A stretch of 64,000 nucleotides of DNA from Zootoca vivipara (Eukaryota). Under the pieces are notes generated by a model. The model had not been told where the DNA came from and made no database searches. It saw nothing but the letters and a program-made list of their open reading frames with translations. The first letter of the stretch is position 1; each line of letters opens with the position of its first letter. Made by a program: the position numbers and the translations under genes. Positions 1 to 12,887 of this stretch are shown here, piece by piece. The stretch is taken from assembly GCF_963506605.1 (NCBI RefSeq), contig NC_083291.1:2356001-2420000 (forward strand). The letters are read 5' to 3'.

Positions 1-128
1 GAATTTCCCACCCCTCTTTGGTTGGACGAATGGACTCTCCCGTCGTCCCCCAGTCGGCTGTAAAGATGGACTCTTCCTCTCCCCGCTTTAGGGGCTCTTT
101 CTTCCCCGCTGGGTTTCTCCTCGCTCAC

Positions 129-144
129 CTGCTCCTGACTTCAT
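129..144 (-). other. Candidate first coding exon of a divergent gene (MKSGA, phase 1)
   Basis: The minus strand reads gcgaccATGAAGTCAGGAGCAG|gtgagc inside a second CpG-rich block, with ETS-like CTTCCG motifs at ~228 and ~248. Confidence 0.4.
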
Positions 145-684
145 GGTCGCGCGCGCCGCGTTCACGCGCCTTCGCTTCCCCGACCACCCCTGACTCAGAA
201 AAGGGAAGAGTGACACGCAGCGTCCAGCTTCCGGGATGAGCTGGAGCTTCCGCTTAGCGAAGGCTTCGCCAGCTGGGTCTCCAGTGGCAGGGAGTTCCAA
301 AGGGCCGGCGCCGCCCAAGGAAGCGGGGATTCTGCGGTGGAGGCGCCTGCGAAAGCATTAGTTTTCCCAGTGTCTCTTCAGCGGCCAGTGTCTAAAAATA
401 CCCCCAGCTTTGTTATTCTCACGCTGTATCTCTCATGGTGCTCATGGATGCCCTGAGCTGAGATTCCTGCCTTGCAGCGGGTGGGACTAGATGGCCCCTG
501 GGGGTCCCTTCCAGCTGCAGGATCCTGCGATTCTACACCGCAGGCTGTGGCTTAAAACGTCTATGCAACTGGAACAGAATGTTTTTTTTTTGGGGGGGGG
601 GAGAAGCAGAGCTCCACCCACGTGATGGATCACAAGACGCGGCCCACGCCAAGGTGCGTTTGAAAGGCCATTTCGCCGCCGGCC

Positions 685-965
685 CAGTGGTGGATTTACG
701 TGTACTGTAAGCTAAAAAAGCTATAGCTTAGGGCCCCACTCTCTTGCCCCCCCCAAAAAAGATTATGAGTCTTTGTAAATTGTTTCTAAAGGAACTTTGT
801 TATTGTCACATGCCAATGGGTTTGCATTATTAAGTTTGTTATTAATAAATCATTTCAAGTTAGAGTTTAATAATTATTTCACTATTAATGTACTTCTTAA
901 TTGTATTTCAGTTCAACAATTTGATAAAATACATATTTTGTGAAGTGCAAATGGCTTCAGATACC
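685..965 (+). mobile_element. AT-rich DNA-transposon fragment (related sequence at ~50340-50368 and 51120-51303)
   Basis: The block tcactattaatgtacttctt..aattgtatttcagttcaacaat..ttgataaaatacatattttgtga is shared with 51132-51220. Confidence 0.65.
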
Positions 966-969
966 TATG

Positions 970-1346
970 AGGGAGGGGATTGCCCCCTCCGCTGCTAAGC
1001 TGCAGCTTCCGCTTTCCGCCTGCCTAGCGCAGGCAGACGCTCACTTTATATTTCGCTCACTCTATATTTCGTAGCTCTATCCTGGCGCGCCTCGGGTATT
1101 CGTCTCCGGCAAGCGGTGCATGCCGGGAACGGGAAGCGCCGGCTTTCCCCCATTGGCTGAAGCCGCGCAGGCTCTTCTGATTGGCTGGCGCGCGCCTCGT
1201 CCCCGCTCCCGGTTTTCTTTTTTGGCGGTTGCAGCCTCCATGGCGGCGCGTGAGGAGAGGAGCCTCTGAGAGAAGCTGAAGGAAGGCGGAGGATACCTGG
1301 TCGTGGGAAAGGAAGACACGTGTCACCCCGAGTTCGCCTCGCGGCC
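970..1346 (+). promoter_or_regulatory. HAUS6 CpG-island promoter with NF-Y, E2F and YY1-like sites
   Basis: ATTGG (reverse CCAAT) at 1152 and 1180, GGCGCGCGCC ~1188, TTTGGCGG 1221-1228, CATGGCGGC 1239-1247; CpG dense. Confidence 0.75.
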
Positions 1347-1477
1347 ATGAGCGCGCAGCAGCTCCCGCCCCCTCCCGCCTGGGAGAAAGAGCATCTCTGG
1401 CTGTACCTCCTGGCGCTGGGCTTCGACCCGGAAAAGGCCGCCGCCGGGAGGGTCTCCTCGCATCTCTGCCTGGGCGT
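1347..1477 (+). CDS. HAUS6: HAUS6 exon 1 (MSAQQLPPPPAWEKEHLWLYLLALGFDPEKAAAGRVSSHLCLG)
   Basis: gccATGA start inside a CpG island; EKEHLWxYLxALGF motif; donor GT|gtgagt, phase 2. Confidence 0.95.
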
Positions 1478-4400
1478 GTGAGTGGGCCTTTTTCACTTCC
1501 ATTTTTCATTTTATTGAATTTTACAATTTTTATATTCCACACAGTCATCCTTATCACAAAAAGCATGTCTAAGTCCCAATCCCCGCCCTCAACTTCCCCT
1601 TCTGGTTCTCTAAATATTTCTTTCTCCTGCCTGTTATATTCTACTTTAGTTTTGTAATCTTTTATATAAATATTGTTGCATTCTTACCATTTTGTACCCT
1701 TTTTCCCAAATCAAATCTTACATTTTATTGTTTTCCCAGTTGTTACATCTTAGTTTTTATATTTTAATTGTAAGTGTTTACTCAAATCCTGCTACGTCTT
1801 TACAACATTTCTGTAAATACAACATGAACGGTTCCCAATCCTTTTAAAAGTCCCTATTGTCCTTATCTCTTAATTTTCCAGTTAGCTTCGCCATTTCAGC
1901 GAAGTCCCTTTAAAAAACCTGACCTTTCTTTAATGCCACGTTTCCCAAACTTGGTTCACTGGCTGTTTTTTTGGACTACAGTTCTCACCTTCTGCAGCTG
2001 GCAGGGCCAGTGGTCAGGGATACTTAAGGGGCTTGTGGGCACTCCAAGGTTTTTAAGCAGAGGTTGGTGGTCCTCTGCCATCGACGCTTCAACTGAGCTT
2101 CCTGCATTGCAGGGGGTTGGACTAGATGACCCCAAGGGCCCCTTCCAACTCCACGACTCTGTGACTCCATCATGGGAATTGTAGTTCAAGAACAGCTGGA
2201 GGCCCACTGGTTTAATGGGTATACATCTCACGCAAGTTCCTAGAAGCAGCAGTGCTGGTTTCAGTGGGGGTTTAAAATGCTATGGGGATTTATTCGAGCA
2301 TATTATTTATGGTGGGTTGTTTTTTTTAAAAAAGGATAAGATAACGTCATAAAAATGAAGTACTCGTGTGCCTTAAGCACACCTTTGGCGGGCAAACATC
2401 AGCAGGTGAAGTGGTTCCCATCACTGCACCTCTCCTCTCCATTTATATTAAAAAGAGATGTCCATGTTCATGCGAATTGTATTTATTGACACTAAAATGG
2501 GTCAGGGGAAAGAATTAATAGTGCAGGACTGTGGCCTTGTAGCACTCCTGTAAATTTTACATGTGCTATTATAAGAGGGGAAAGAAAGCAGGGTTGGATG
2601 TTAATCTCATTAAAAAAATGACTTGCTTCTCTGTAAATCTTACTATTTTGTGAGCTGCTATCACTGCATTGAGCAAAAAAATCATGCCTTGCGTCTCTGC
2701 CTGTCATGAAGGGCTCTCTGAGGGAGGAAAGGAGGCAATCCTGGTGGGTGCTGAGGTTTGTGCATGGGGCAATTTTTTTCTTTAAAAGGACATTTCTGGT
2801 TTTCATAATTTTTGTTGTTATCATTTTTTAGGAACATGTTTGATAAACCGAACAAAGATGCATTTAGTATTGTTGTGCACTTCCTGTTTTCCAACGTGGA
2901 CCAGTCTCATTGTACTGAGATTTTCAGGTGAGTGTCATCTCTCTTTAACTTCATTTAGGGGATGCTTTATTACTCAATGGCTTTTTCTTATTGACAAAAT
3001 TATGAACAGGGATCCACAACTTCTGGGTGGCCTTACAAGCCATATCAAAAATTGTGGCCACCAGAACCTAGCTGTTCCCTGCAAGGCAGCGCCTTATCAC
3101 CCTTTCCTGCAGAAAAGGGCAACAGGATGCTTACCAGTTTGATAGCTGTGTGTCCAGGGCCCAGCAGCTATGCAGCCCACAATTGATAGTAGCAGGCTTC
3201 CTCTGAGGAGAAATCGTACATTGCTATCCCTTTGTGGGACTGCCGTATTGTTGCTCTGGATAGTGTAATATCCAGCCCACAAGTAGTAGAGGTCTAGTAT
3301 TGCTGCAGAGGAGATAATCATAATGTTTGTTTCTACTCCTCCTCTGCCCACCAAAAGGATGCATATTGTGCACAAGGTAGAGGGAAGAATTCCTGTGGAT
3401 GTGGTTAACAAAATTAGAGGAATGTGTAGGTACTACTTGTTAATTTAACATCCTTTCCTCCATTTCTTCACATCATTTCTTGAGATTTTAAGCTTGCTGC
3501 TGCTGCTCTCTCTGTGCCTTTGTTTGAGAGGAAAAACTAGCTGACAAGGGACTTGCTGCACATTATCTGGAGACTACTTAGTTGCAACTCCTGCAAGATC
3601 TTCTTTGTGGTGTTGGGGTCACAAGGTGCTGGAAACTGATAGCAATGAGGAACAGAACTCTTTTCCAGTTGATGTCATGAATAGCATCTTTGTAACAATA
3701 TAGTATTCCAGTGTTTGGAATATACGATTACACAATTTATTAGTTATAAAACATAGCAGTGCATTTAACAGTGCAATCTTGCAGATGTCTATTCAGAAGT
3801 AAGGGCTTCTATGTTAAGGAGTACTTGCACTCAGGAAAGAATATAAAAGCAAGAGATCAGTTCACTAAAATAAATTATTCTGAAAGGTCAAATACCTGCT
3901 GGGGTAAGACTAAGTCATGTGCCAGAATTTTATGTTCTGACAAGTGAATTAGGTGATAAAAAGCTTTTAAGCTTTACTAATTGTCATAGTTAGCTCAGTT
4001 TCAAAAGATGCAGATGGAGGAAGCCAGTCGCTAGGTAAGATGATATGTATTCAGTTATTTATGCCAATGCCAATTTATTGTAGCAAGCAGGAATTCTAGC
4101 TTAAACAAGACTGTGGGCATTCAGGATGGAACTTGATCTCTTTCTATCTGCTTTTTTTTTGGGGGGGGAAGTCATTCAGTTCTAACTATCTACAAAAACA
4201 ATGGATAGTGATTTATTTCCAAACTAAACATGTAGATATGCTTTGGAGACAAAATGACTGGGTGGGTGGGAAACCCTAAGAAAGTGAGGGAGGAAACTCC
4301 AGCCAAAAGCTGTAGAATAAATCTCTAGTTAAAAACAGAATTTAAAAAAACCCAAGCAATATCAATTTAAACTCTATTGATATTTTCTAGATAAATTTGT

Positions 4401-7400
4401 TGATAAATTCATGTAGTATTATTGTGCTATCATAGTGCAACTAGACTGCACAGATAGCTAGTAGAAACTATGCCTGGCCATTAAACCAGCTATATTTTGT
4501 CAACCCCTGCTTAACTATGTGGCAAAAGCTGAAGAGAAAGCAGGCCAAATAGACTTCCTAAGGCAGGGAGTTTCACAGTCTAGGTGCTGCCACAGCACCC
4601 TAGGAGAGGTGCTTACATCCTAGCTATTTGTCCTTCATTACTGATGGGACCTGGAGATCTTAAGATTAGGCAGATTTATATGGGAGACGATGCTCCTTTT
4701 GGACCCAAGTCATGTAGTGAGAGACTTGTATGTCAGCTTGTGTTTGGAAGTGAACTGGAAGCCTGTGCAGCTGTTGTGAAGCAGTCAGCAAATGTTCTCT
4801 AGGGTGAACATACACCAAAACCTTTTGTTGACATATTCCACATCAACTGAACCTTTCAAAGATTCTTCAAAGGTTGCCCATTTAGAACACATTGCTGTAA
4901 TTTTAACATGCCTCTTCTTGTCTCCATAACTTGCCTATCATTTAGTACGGGGGTCGACAACAGGGTACCTTCCAGAGGTTTTTGGACTCCACCTCCCATC
5001 AGCTTGGCCAGGGGTTGGGGAGGATTTAGTACTATCAATGCCAGCCTGAAAATTGACTACAACTGTTGTCTATGTAAACTTTACCCTAGGTGGGATACTT
5101 AAGTTTTTCTATAGTAAACATGCAATAATTTGTTAATGCAAACCTGAGAACACTGAGCCTTTTGTATTGCTATGTTATGTGAGAAATATATCTGATTCAT
5201 TGAACATTTGTTGAAATTGATTTCTTTCCCTTCCCTGGGAATGGAAAGATTTTGTTTTCCTCCAACAGATAAAAAGACAGACTCTGAATTCAGGAAACAT
5301 AGTTACGAATGGCTAAGAAGAATTTCAGTAAGTATTGGTAAGAATGAAAAAGGGGTTCACATCTTTGCCCCATACATATTGGTGGTCTATGATAATTCCT
5401 TTCAGACTTTGTGTTCTGACTCTTGTTGAGAGGGAGTGTTCTCTCATGCCCTATCCTCTGCTTGCACCATTTCACCCTTTTCAAGCTTTTATCAACTTGC
5501 AACAACACAAATAGTTCAGGTTGTCAGCAAATGATAGAAACTGAAAGGAGAGCCAGAAAGGAGTGTGGACGAAGGTTCCTCCCTCCAGTACTTGTTCCTT
5601 TGGGGAGGTTTCCTTGCCATCCCCAAAAGTAGCTGGTCAATTTAAATTGTTGCTGTCCAGGATCAGAACATTGGTACCTCTCTTTAGTTTTTAGTTCTAA
5701 ACAGGGCCATTTAAATATGGCTTTGCAATCCTATGGTTACAGCATGTGGGATTGAATTTAAAACACCCAGTGCCGACATGAAGATACGTTTGGTGAAGTC
5801 ATGCTGGGTGGGATTCAGCACAACAGAAGCTATTGCTTGCTTGCTTCATTTGTTTGGAATATGAATCAACAGGCAGCCCTGTTCAGGGAAGTTTTAAATG
5901 TTTGATGCTTTATTGTGTTTTGGGGGAGCCACATAGATGGGCTGAATAATATTAATAGTAACAAAATACCATAGTGATATCCAACAATAATAAAAAATGA
6001 AAAGATAAGAAATAAAAAGGATAAAACTATTATCAGAGAAAAAATCAGATGTTTTCCATGCATCAACTCATGCTTTTGGGAAAGCGCGTAAAAATAAAAG
6101 TTGTAAGCACCTGACAAAATGTGTCCAGTTTCAGAGCCTGTCTAACTTCCACATAAAATCCAGTTATGATGCTACCAGTACATGGGTCGCTGTAACCAAG
6201 CTGTTCCTGTCCAGGAATGGCCATTGTTAGCACAGCAGTGATGTTTGGGAATCCCTGCTCGTCCCAGAACAGCTGCCCTGGGGCAGGGGGGTGGGGAGGC
6301 AGGGGTGGCACTCTGGTTGTTACTTTAACTGGTTTACAAACGGCAACAACAACAAGCAATTGCCAACATAGATCCTGGGGGGCCTCCACCGTTCTTACTT
6401 GGCTGATCCCCAAAGTAACCTTGGGGGCTGGTCGGAGTGATGGAAGGGCTGATCTCATCCCACAGGTGCCTCCTTTGGCCACCGGGCCACTTTGGGGGGG
6501 GGGGGTTGGACTTCACGGCCCTCTTCCTCTCCTGGCTGGGATTCCTGCATTTCAGAGGCTTGGACTAGATTATCCTTTGGGGTCCCTTCTAACTCTACAT
6601 ATCTACTACTGAGATCACTACTGTCACTTCCAGTGGCAGTGATGAATCAAGGAGTACCTCCAGACTGTGTGCCTGTTCCTTCAGAAAGTACAGCCTCGTT
6701 CAGACCAGTACAGGGGTGGGCAACCTTTATTCTATCCAGTGCCACATTCCCTGGGGGTGGGGAAGTAATCTGTGGACCTTGCATGCTGAGTGTTGGTGGG
6801 GCACCTCCCTCCTCCTCTTCTTCTCCCCCCCCCCCCTTGGCAGAGGAAGGAAGGTGTATTGTGATCTGTGGCTCAGGCACAGTATTATTTATTAATTTAT
6901 ACACCACTTAAATGGCATAATGGCTTCTAAGCATCATACAGCTGTAAAAGCAATGCATACTTAGATCCACAATAACAAATCCATTGGGGCACTCAACATC
7001 CTTAGTTAAGATCTACAGCAAAACAATTAAAAATCATGACAAAACAATACAATCAGAAGTTCGTTATCGGTGCAAACCTCAGGAAATGGTGAAGGAAAGC
7101 ATGGTGATTTGTCAAAGCTACTTGGTATTGTTTTATTTGCCGATAGTTTTAGTACTGCAAACAGGTAGTAGCTAAAACTTAATCTAAGAGAGAGTTGTCA
7201 GCTACAGTTCACTTCCTCAGTTCATTTTTTTTATCCTTTTAATTCCCAAGGATGAATGTGGAAACAGCTTTCCTCCAGTTGTGGCATCTTTATTCCTTTC
7301 TCCCGGTGGCTCTAAGTTCATTCATCTAATGTACTGCTTCGCAAGATATGTCATAATGCAACATGTTAAAGTAGATTCTGCAGGTAAGCAATAATTTCTT

Positions 7401-10400
7401 GGAAGGTTTTCTATTCCAAACTAGCTTTTTTTATATGCACAGCAGGTGGAAAATAAATTGTAGGACATGCAGTTGATTCTGGGTTCAAGGGATCAAAAAA
7501 CAGAATGAAAGGGGGGGGGGCATACACAAAAGGCTTGAGAAACTTGCTTCTTTCATGTAGGTGCTGGCATACCCTATCCTGAAGCAGTGAACTCAAGACC
7601 TCCTGACCTGAACATTGCAGTTGCAAAATACCATGTAGCACGAAGCAGATTTTTACACAGTCTGCAAAAGGAAGACTTTTTGATTCAAGAATTGCAGAAA
7701 AAAGCACTGTAAGTAGAGTTTCTATAACACGTAAGTTGTGGCAGTCTGAGTGATCCAAACAACCATATAGCTGAGATTGTTAGAGTTCGTTTCATTTCTG
7801 TGCGACCTTCTGGCCAAAAAAGGCCCTCTCAAGGGGTAGCACACAAATACACAATTCAAATAAAAAATAAGTATGAAACTTACAAAAATGTAAGATAAAA
7901 TCTTAGCACTTCAAAAAAGACTATAGAGGCCAAATAAATTCATGATCCTGCCAAAAGACATAGGGCAGTCTCTACAAAGATGTCAGGGAGAGCAGGAGTA
8001 AATCCCTAGGGAGCAGGCCTGTGTAGCTAGAAAAGGCTTCTTGATTAAAACAAACAAACAAACAACAACTTTTAGGGAGCTGCCATCTTAGAATTGCATA
8101 TTACTAAAAAAGTAAACACATGAAGTATGTGAAGCACACATTGGGGGTTTGGGGTTTAAGGAAAAAATGCTGTTTGCTCTTCACCAGCTGCTTTTGGGAG
8201 TATTGTACATTTAAGAATCTTTACCTGTGGCTATTGGCTTTTACTTCTTTGTTTGCAGGCATTTTAGTAAGCGAATTAGAGATTTAAAATTTGAAAATGC
8301 AGATCTGGACAAGCAGCTCCAAAAGTAAGTATACCCTCTTAGCTTGCTTACATTTGAAAGTTTCAGTTTAGAGTTTTTTGCTCTGGTTGTGGTGTTAACA
8401 CATTTTCATCCATGGGGTCATGAAGAGTCGGACACGACTAAACGACAAAACAAGAACAACAAAGAGAAGTGGGAGAAGGAAGCATTTTGTGTTGACTTGT
8501 GTGTGATACAGTCTGTCATGCCTAATGCTCTCAATGGCTACTGATTACAGTGGAACCTCGGTTTATGAACACCTCGGTTTATGAATTTTCGGTTTACGAA
8601 CGCCGCAGACCCATCTGGAACGGATTAATTCACTTTCCATTACTTTCAATGGGAAAGTTCGCTTCAGTTCATGAATGCTTCAGTTTATGAACAGACTTCC
8701 GGAACCAATTACACCCATGCTTCGGGTTAAGTACGCTTCAGGTTGAGGACTCCGTGGACCCGTCTGGAACAGATTAATCCACTTTCCATTACTTTTGATG
8801 GGAAAGTTCGCTTCAGTTTATGAACAGACGTCAGGAGCCAATTGTGTTCATAAACCGAGGTACCACTGTAGCTGTTAGCAAAATACACCAGAATATGTGA
8901 GCTAGCTTTTGCTGTAGCACAAATTGTACCGTTGGCTCACACTTTTTGTGTTTTTCATTTTCTGGCTAGAATGGAGAAAGGCATTAATCCAAGTCAGAAC
9001 AACACTGCAGAGAGAGTTGAGAAGGTGAGGATCTTTGATCATGTAATTCCAGCTATCGCCATCCGGTGCCCTGCCCCCCAGGACTGACGTTTTACGCACA
9101 TGCATATTTCTGCTTTCTCAAGGTATCTCATTTTCTCTCTCGTTTCCACCCCCCCTTCCTTTACTCCCAAAGGCTCGCTGTTTATGGACGCAGATAACGG
9201 AAACACTTACACGTCTACAAAAAGAAATAGAAGTTGTAGATTCAGTTGTCAAAGGTCATATTGACCAGTACGTATTAGATGGCACAAGTGTCGCTATTAG
9301 TGTTCCGAGGCCTCTACTTGAAAAAGTTGAAAAGGATATGCACCAAGTAAGTTTATTTGCACGCTTGTTTTTGCTCCACTGTTTCTGTAGAATTTTTTGT
9401 TTTTTCTCTTTTCCGGTAGTGTTTCGTTTAGTTGTCTGAAATTCATTGTCTCGTAGCTATTGCGATTAGCAACTTTGTTAAGACAAAAAATGTAGGGAAA
9501 GATCTGCAGTATAGTGAAGATGTAATCAAACTTAAATAAAGAGCTCTGTTTTAAGAGTTGTACTTCTTGCAAGATCATTCCACCCCTACACTGAGTTGGG
9601 CTTACGTGAGCTAGGCTCTCCTTGCAGCTGACCAGTCCTTGGGTTGGACGACGTTCCATGCACATATTGGCACCCTTCATCTGTAATAAAGCAGGGGTGA
9701 CTAACCCACAGGTCGCATACCAACCCCAATATATCCCCCCCTATTTAAATTATTAATTTTTAATTTAAGAGAAGTTTACTGATTGCTCCCAAGCATTCAC
9801 TAGCATGATGCCAAAAGAAGAAGAGGAGGAGTTTGGATTTGATATCCCGCTTTATCACTACTCGAAGGAGTCTCAAAGCGGCTAACAATCTCCTTTCCCT
9901 TCCTCCCCCACAACAAACACTCTGTGAAGTGAGTGGAGCTGAGAGACTTCAGAGAAGTGTGACTAGCCCAAGGTCACCCAGCAGCTGCATGTGGAGGAGC
10001 GGAGACACGAACCTGGTTCCCCAGATTACGAGTCTACCGCTCTTAACCACTACACCACACTGGCAAAAGACTTTTTGTGCCCCTTCCTCAGTAGTCCCTT
10101 GGAAAATCATAGTTAAAATGCCTTCTTTTACCCTTCAGCCGCTCCCCCTTTGACTTCCAGGCCCATAGTATAAAGAAACCATCTACAGCCCTGAATCTCA
10201 AGCCACAGGCACTCAGTTATCTCTTAAATCACGGTTTTCACTCCATTTGTCTTGCATGGCTCACTCACTATCCCATTATATTTTGCTCAGTTTTCGAAAG
10301 ATGAATGAGATGTTACGACAATGTATTTCTGTATTAATCAGTTCCTGCCCTTGTTTGCAAAATTTTGCAGTTTCATGTAGGGAATGTCTATGAAGAAGGA

Positions 10401-12839
10401 AAACTAAACGTTTTAACAGTCGTCCACTTACTCAACAAAGCCTTGGAAATACTGATGCATGAGCGCTGGCGCATTGACAAGAATGCACTAAAATTGGATC
10501 TTCAGTACATGGAAGGAAAGACCAAATACCAGAATGTTAATTTACAGGGTCTTAAGTCACTGAGGTGAGCTCAGTAGTCTGTGGCTTGCATATCCTACAC
10601 GCACAGACGCTTTTCACATACTTGTGGCATGAGTAAACTGACTTACTGGCCTGGCTTAGATGTAAGGGTCTGGTAAACCATGATTTCCTGGATCTGGAAC
10701 AAACTATGCCCTCTCTTCTGTTATCGACCTTAAGTCAATACTTCTATGGTTTATTAAGTCAGTTTCCTCATGGTATCTGAACCAGGAAACTGCTTTAAGT
10801 AATCCCTACAAACCAGGAACATTCCTGGTTTTTTTTAAAGATTTGCTTAAATCAAGAGTTTCCTGGTTTGGATGCCATGAGGAAGGCGTAGTTTAACAAA
10901 ACCTGGAAGTATTAAGAAACGGAATAGAAAAGCGTGGGAAGCATACAAGCACATTATTTGTTTCTGGACTAGTTGATCGATCTGAACTTGGAGTACAAAA
11001 TTCCTTTCTCCCTGTATGTCTTGGTGTCCAGATTCTATTTTAAACAGAGGACCTGTACTCTTTACCTCCAGATTTCATTAACTTGCAGTTAGCTCATTTT
11101 AATTGCCTATTGGCGAATATTCTTACTTTTCAGGTCTATACTAGTAGTCTAGTAACTTAACTTTTTAATTACAGGTAGGTAGCCGTGTTGGTCTGAGTTG
11201 AAGCAAAATTAAAAAATTCCTTCAGTAGCACCTTAAAGACCAACTAAGTTTATATTTTGGTATGAGCTTTCGTGTGCATGCACACTTCTTAGTGTGCATG
11301 CACACGAAAGCTCATACCAAAATATAAACTCAGTTGGTCTTTAAGGTGCTACTGAAGGAATTTTTTAACTTTTTAAAACAGAGACTTACTTTTATGAGTA
11401 TCAGATAGCTTCAGATTTTTGTAAATGAAACTTGTATGTTGTGGTCTTCCAGTTTCTTTCTGCTTACTTTAATTATGGTTTACAACTAGACTTTAGCTAA
11501 GGCACAGCTGCAGATACATTCACTTGATATAACTCATTCGTTCATGAAATCTCAGTTTGCTTGAATAAAACACTTTGTAGTAACTGTTGGTTATTCTTCA
11601 AATTCTTACAGGCAAAAATTAAAACGTGAAGATTGTGTATCAATAAAGCAGTCTATTTCTAAAAAACAGCAGGAATGGGATTTGAAGTGGGAGAATTGCC
11701 TTGGCCAGTCACCTTTTCATTTAATTAAAAATCCAGATCCCGTAAGTATCTGTTCAGGGAGAGTACAAGGCTTGCGTTGATTTTTAAAAATGTATGTTTT
11801 CAGTATAAAATTAATTGAAACGAATTGCCTATAAAAATCCCAAAGGCAATCACCTTATTGTTATACTAATTGTTTAACGTGACCAACACACTTTTTGATA
11901 GTGACACTGGTAAAACCCTCAAGTATTTTGCAGTGGTTAATTCTCTTGATTTGAACCATCTTAAAGAGCCAAACCTATGACCCCTTAATCTTGTAAGGTT
12001 GTAAGATTCCAAATGTTTATTGAAATGGTTAAACTTAAGGGCAGCCTTCTGGATTTTGAAAAGAGGCTGTGTGGTTTTAAAATTTTGTATTTTGTAGGAA
12101 TTTTAAGTTTTCTGGAATATTGACAATATATTACAGCTAAAAATATTGTTTAACATAACTTTTTGAATGTCTTTCTTTTTAAGGCACTTGACTTATTACC
12201 AGCCATGTCTCCTCTTTCTTTTTCTCCTGCTACCGAGGAAGCTTATAAAAGCAGTGTCTTCTGCCAGTACCCTGCATCAATTCCAGGTAAATCTCAAGAG
12301 CAGCTTTATCAATCCTGCCCTGAGATCCATAGCCTCAGAGCATGGGTAAGGGTTTTCGATGGCAGCAGTTGCAGACTTGTCCGTCTTCCTCTTTGCATAT
12401 TTATACATTTAAAATTATCATCATTAGCCATAATTTTGTAATCATCTTGCTAACAGGCACATGTTTGCAGGCATGTAGTATTAGTCTTTAGGGCAGGCAC
12501 CCCCAAATTCGGGCCTCCAGATATTTTGGGACTACAACTCCCATCATCCCTAGCTAACAGGACCAGTGGCCAGGGATGATGGGAATTGTAGTCCCAAAAA
12601 CATCTGGAGGGCCGTGTTACGGGATGCCTGCATTAGGGTATTCTAATCTAGTAAATATAACAAATTTGCACTTCTTGAGAAGCCTTGATTCTCTTTGTAA
12701 AAATGTATTTTTAGATTCTACCAAGAAGAAGAGTTTTCAGAAAACAGAACTTGAGCTTCCTGGCAAAACATCAAGATGTCAAGGTAGTTCAGCTGGGGTA
12801 ATTGCAGAGAGGTATGGCTTTAATATGTCCTTATGCATC

Positions 12840-12887
<48 letters not shown>

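Noticed and set aside
12783-12789. Alternative exon 12 donor CAAG|gtagtt
   Set aside because: It is phase 1, incompatible with exon 13, which needs phase 2.
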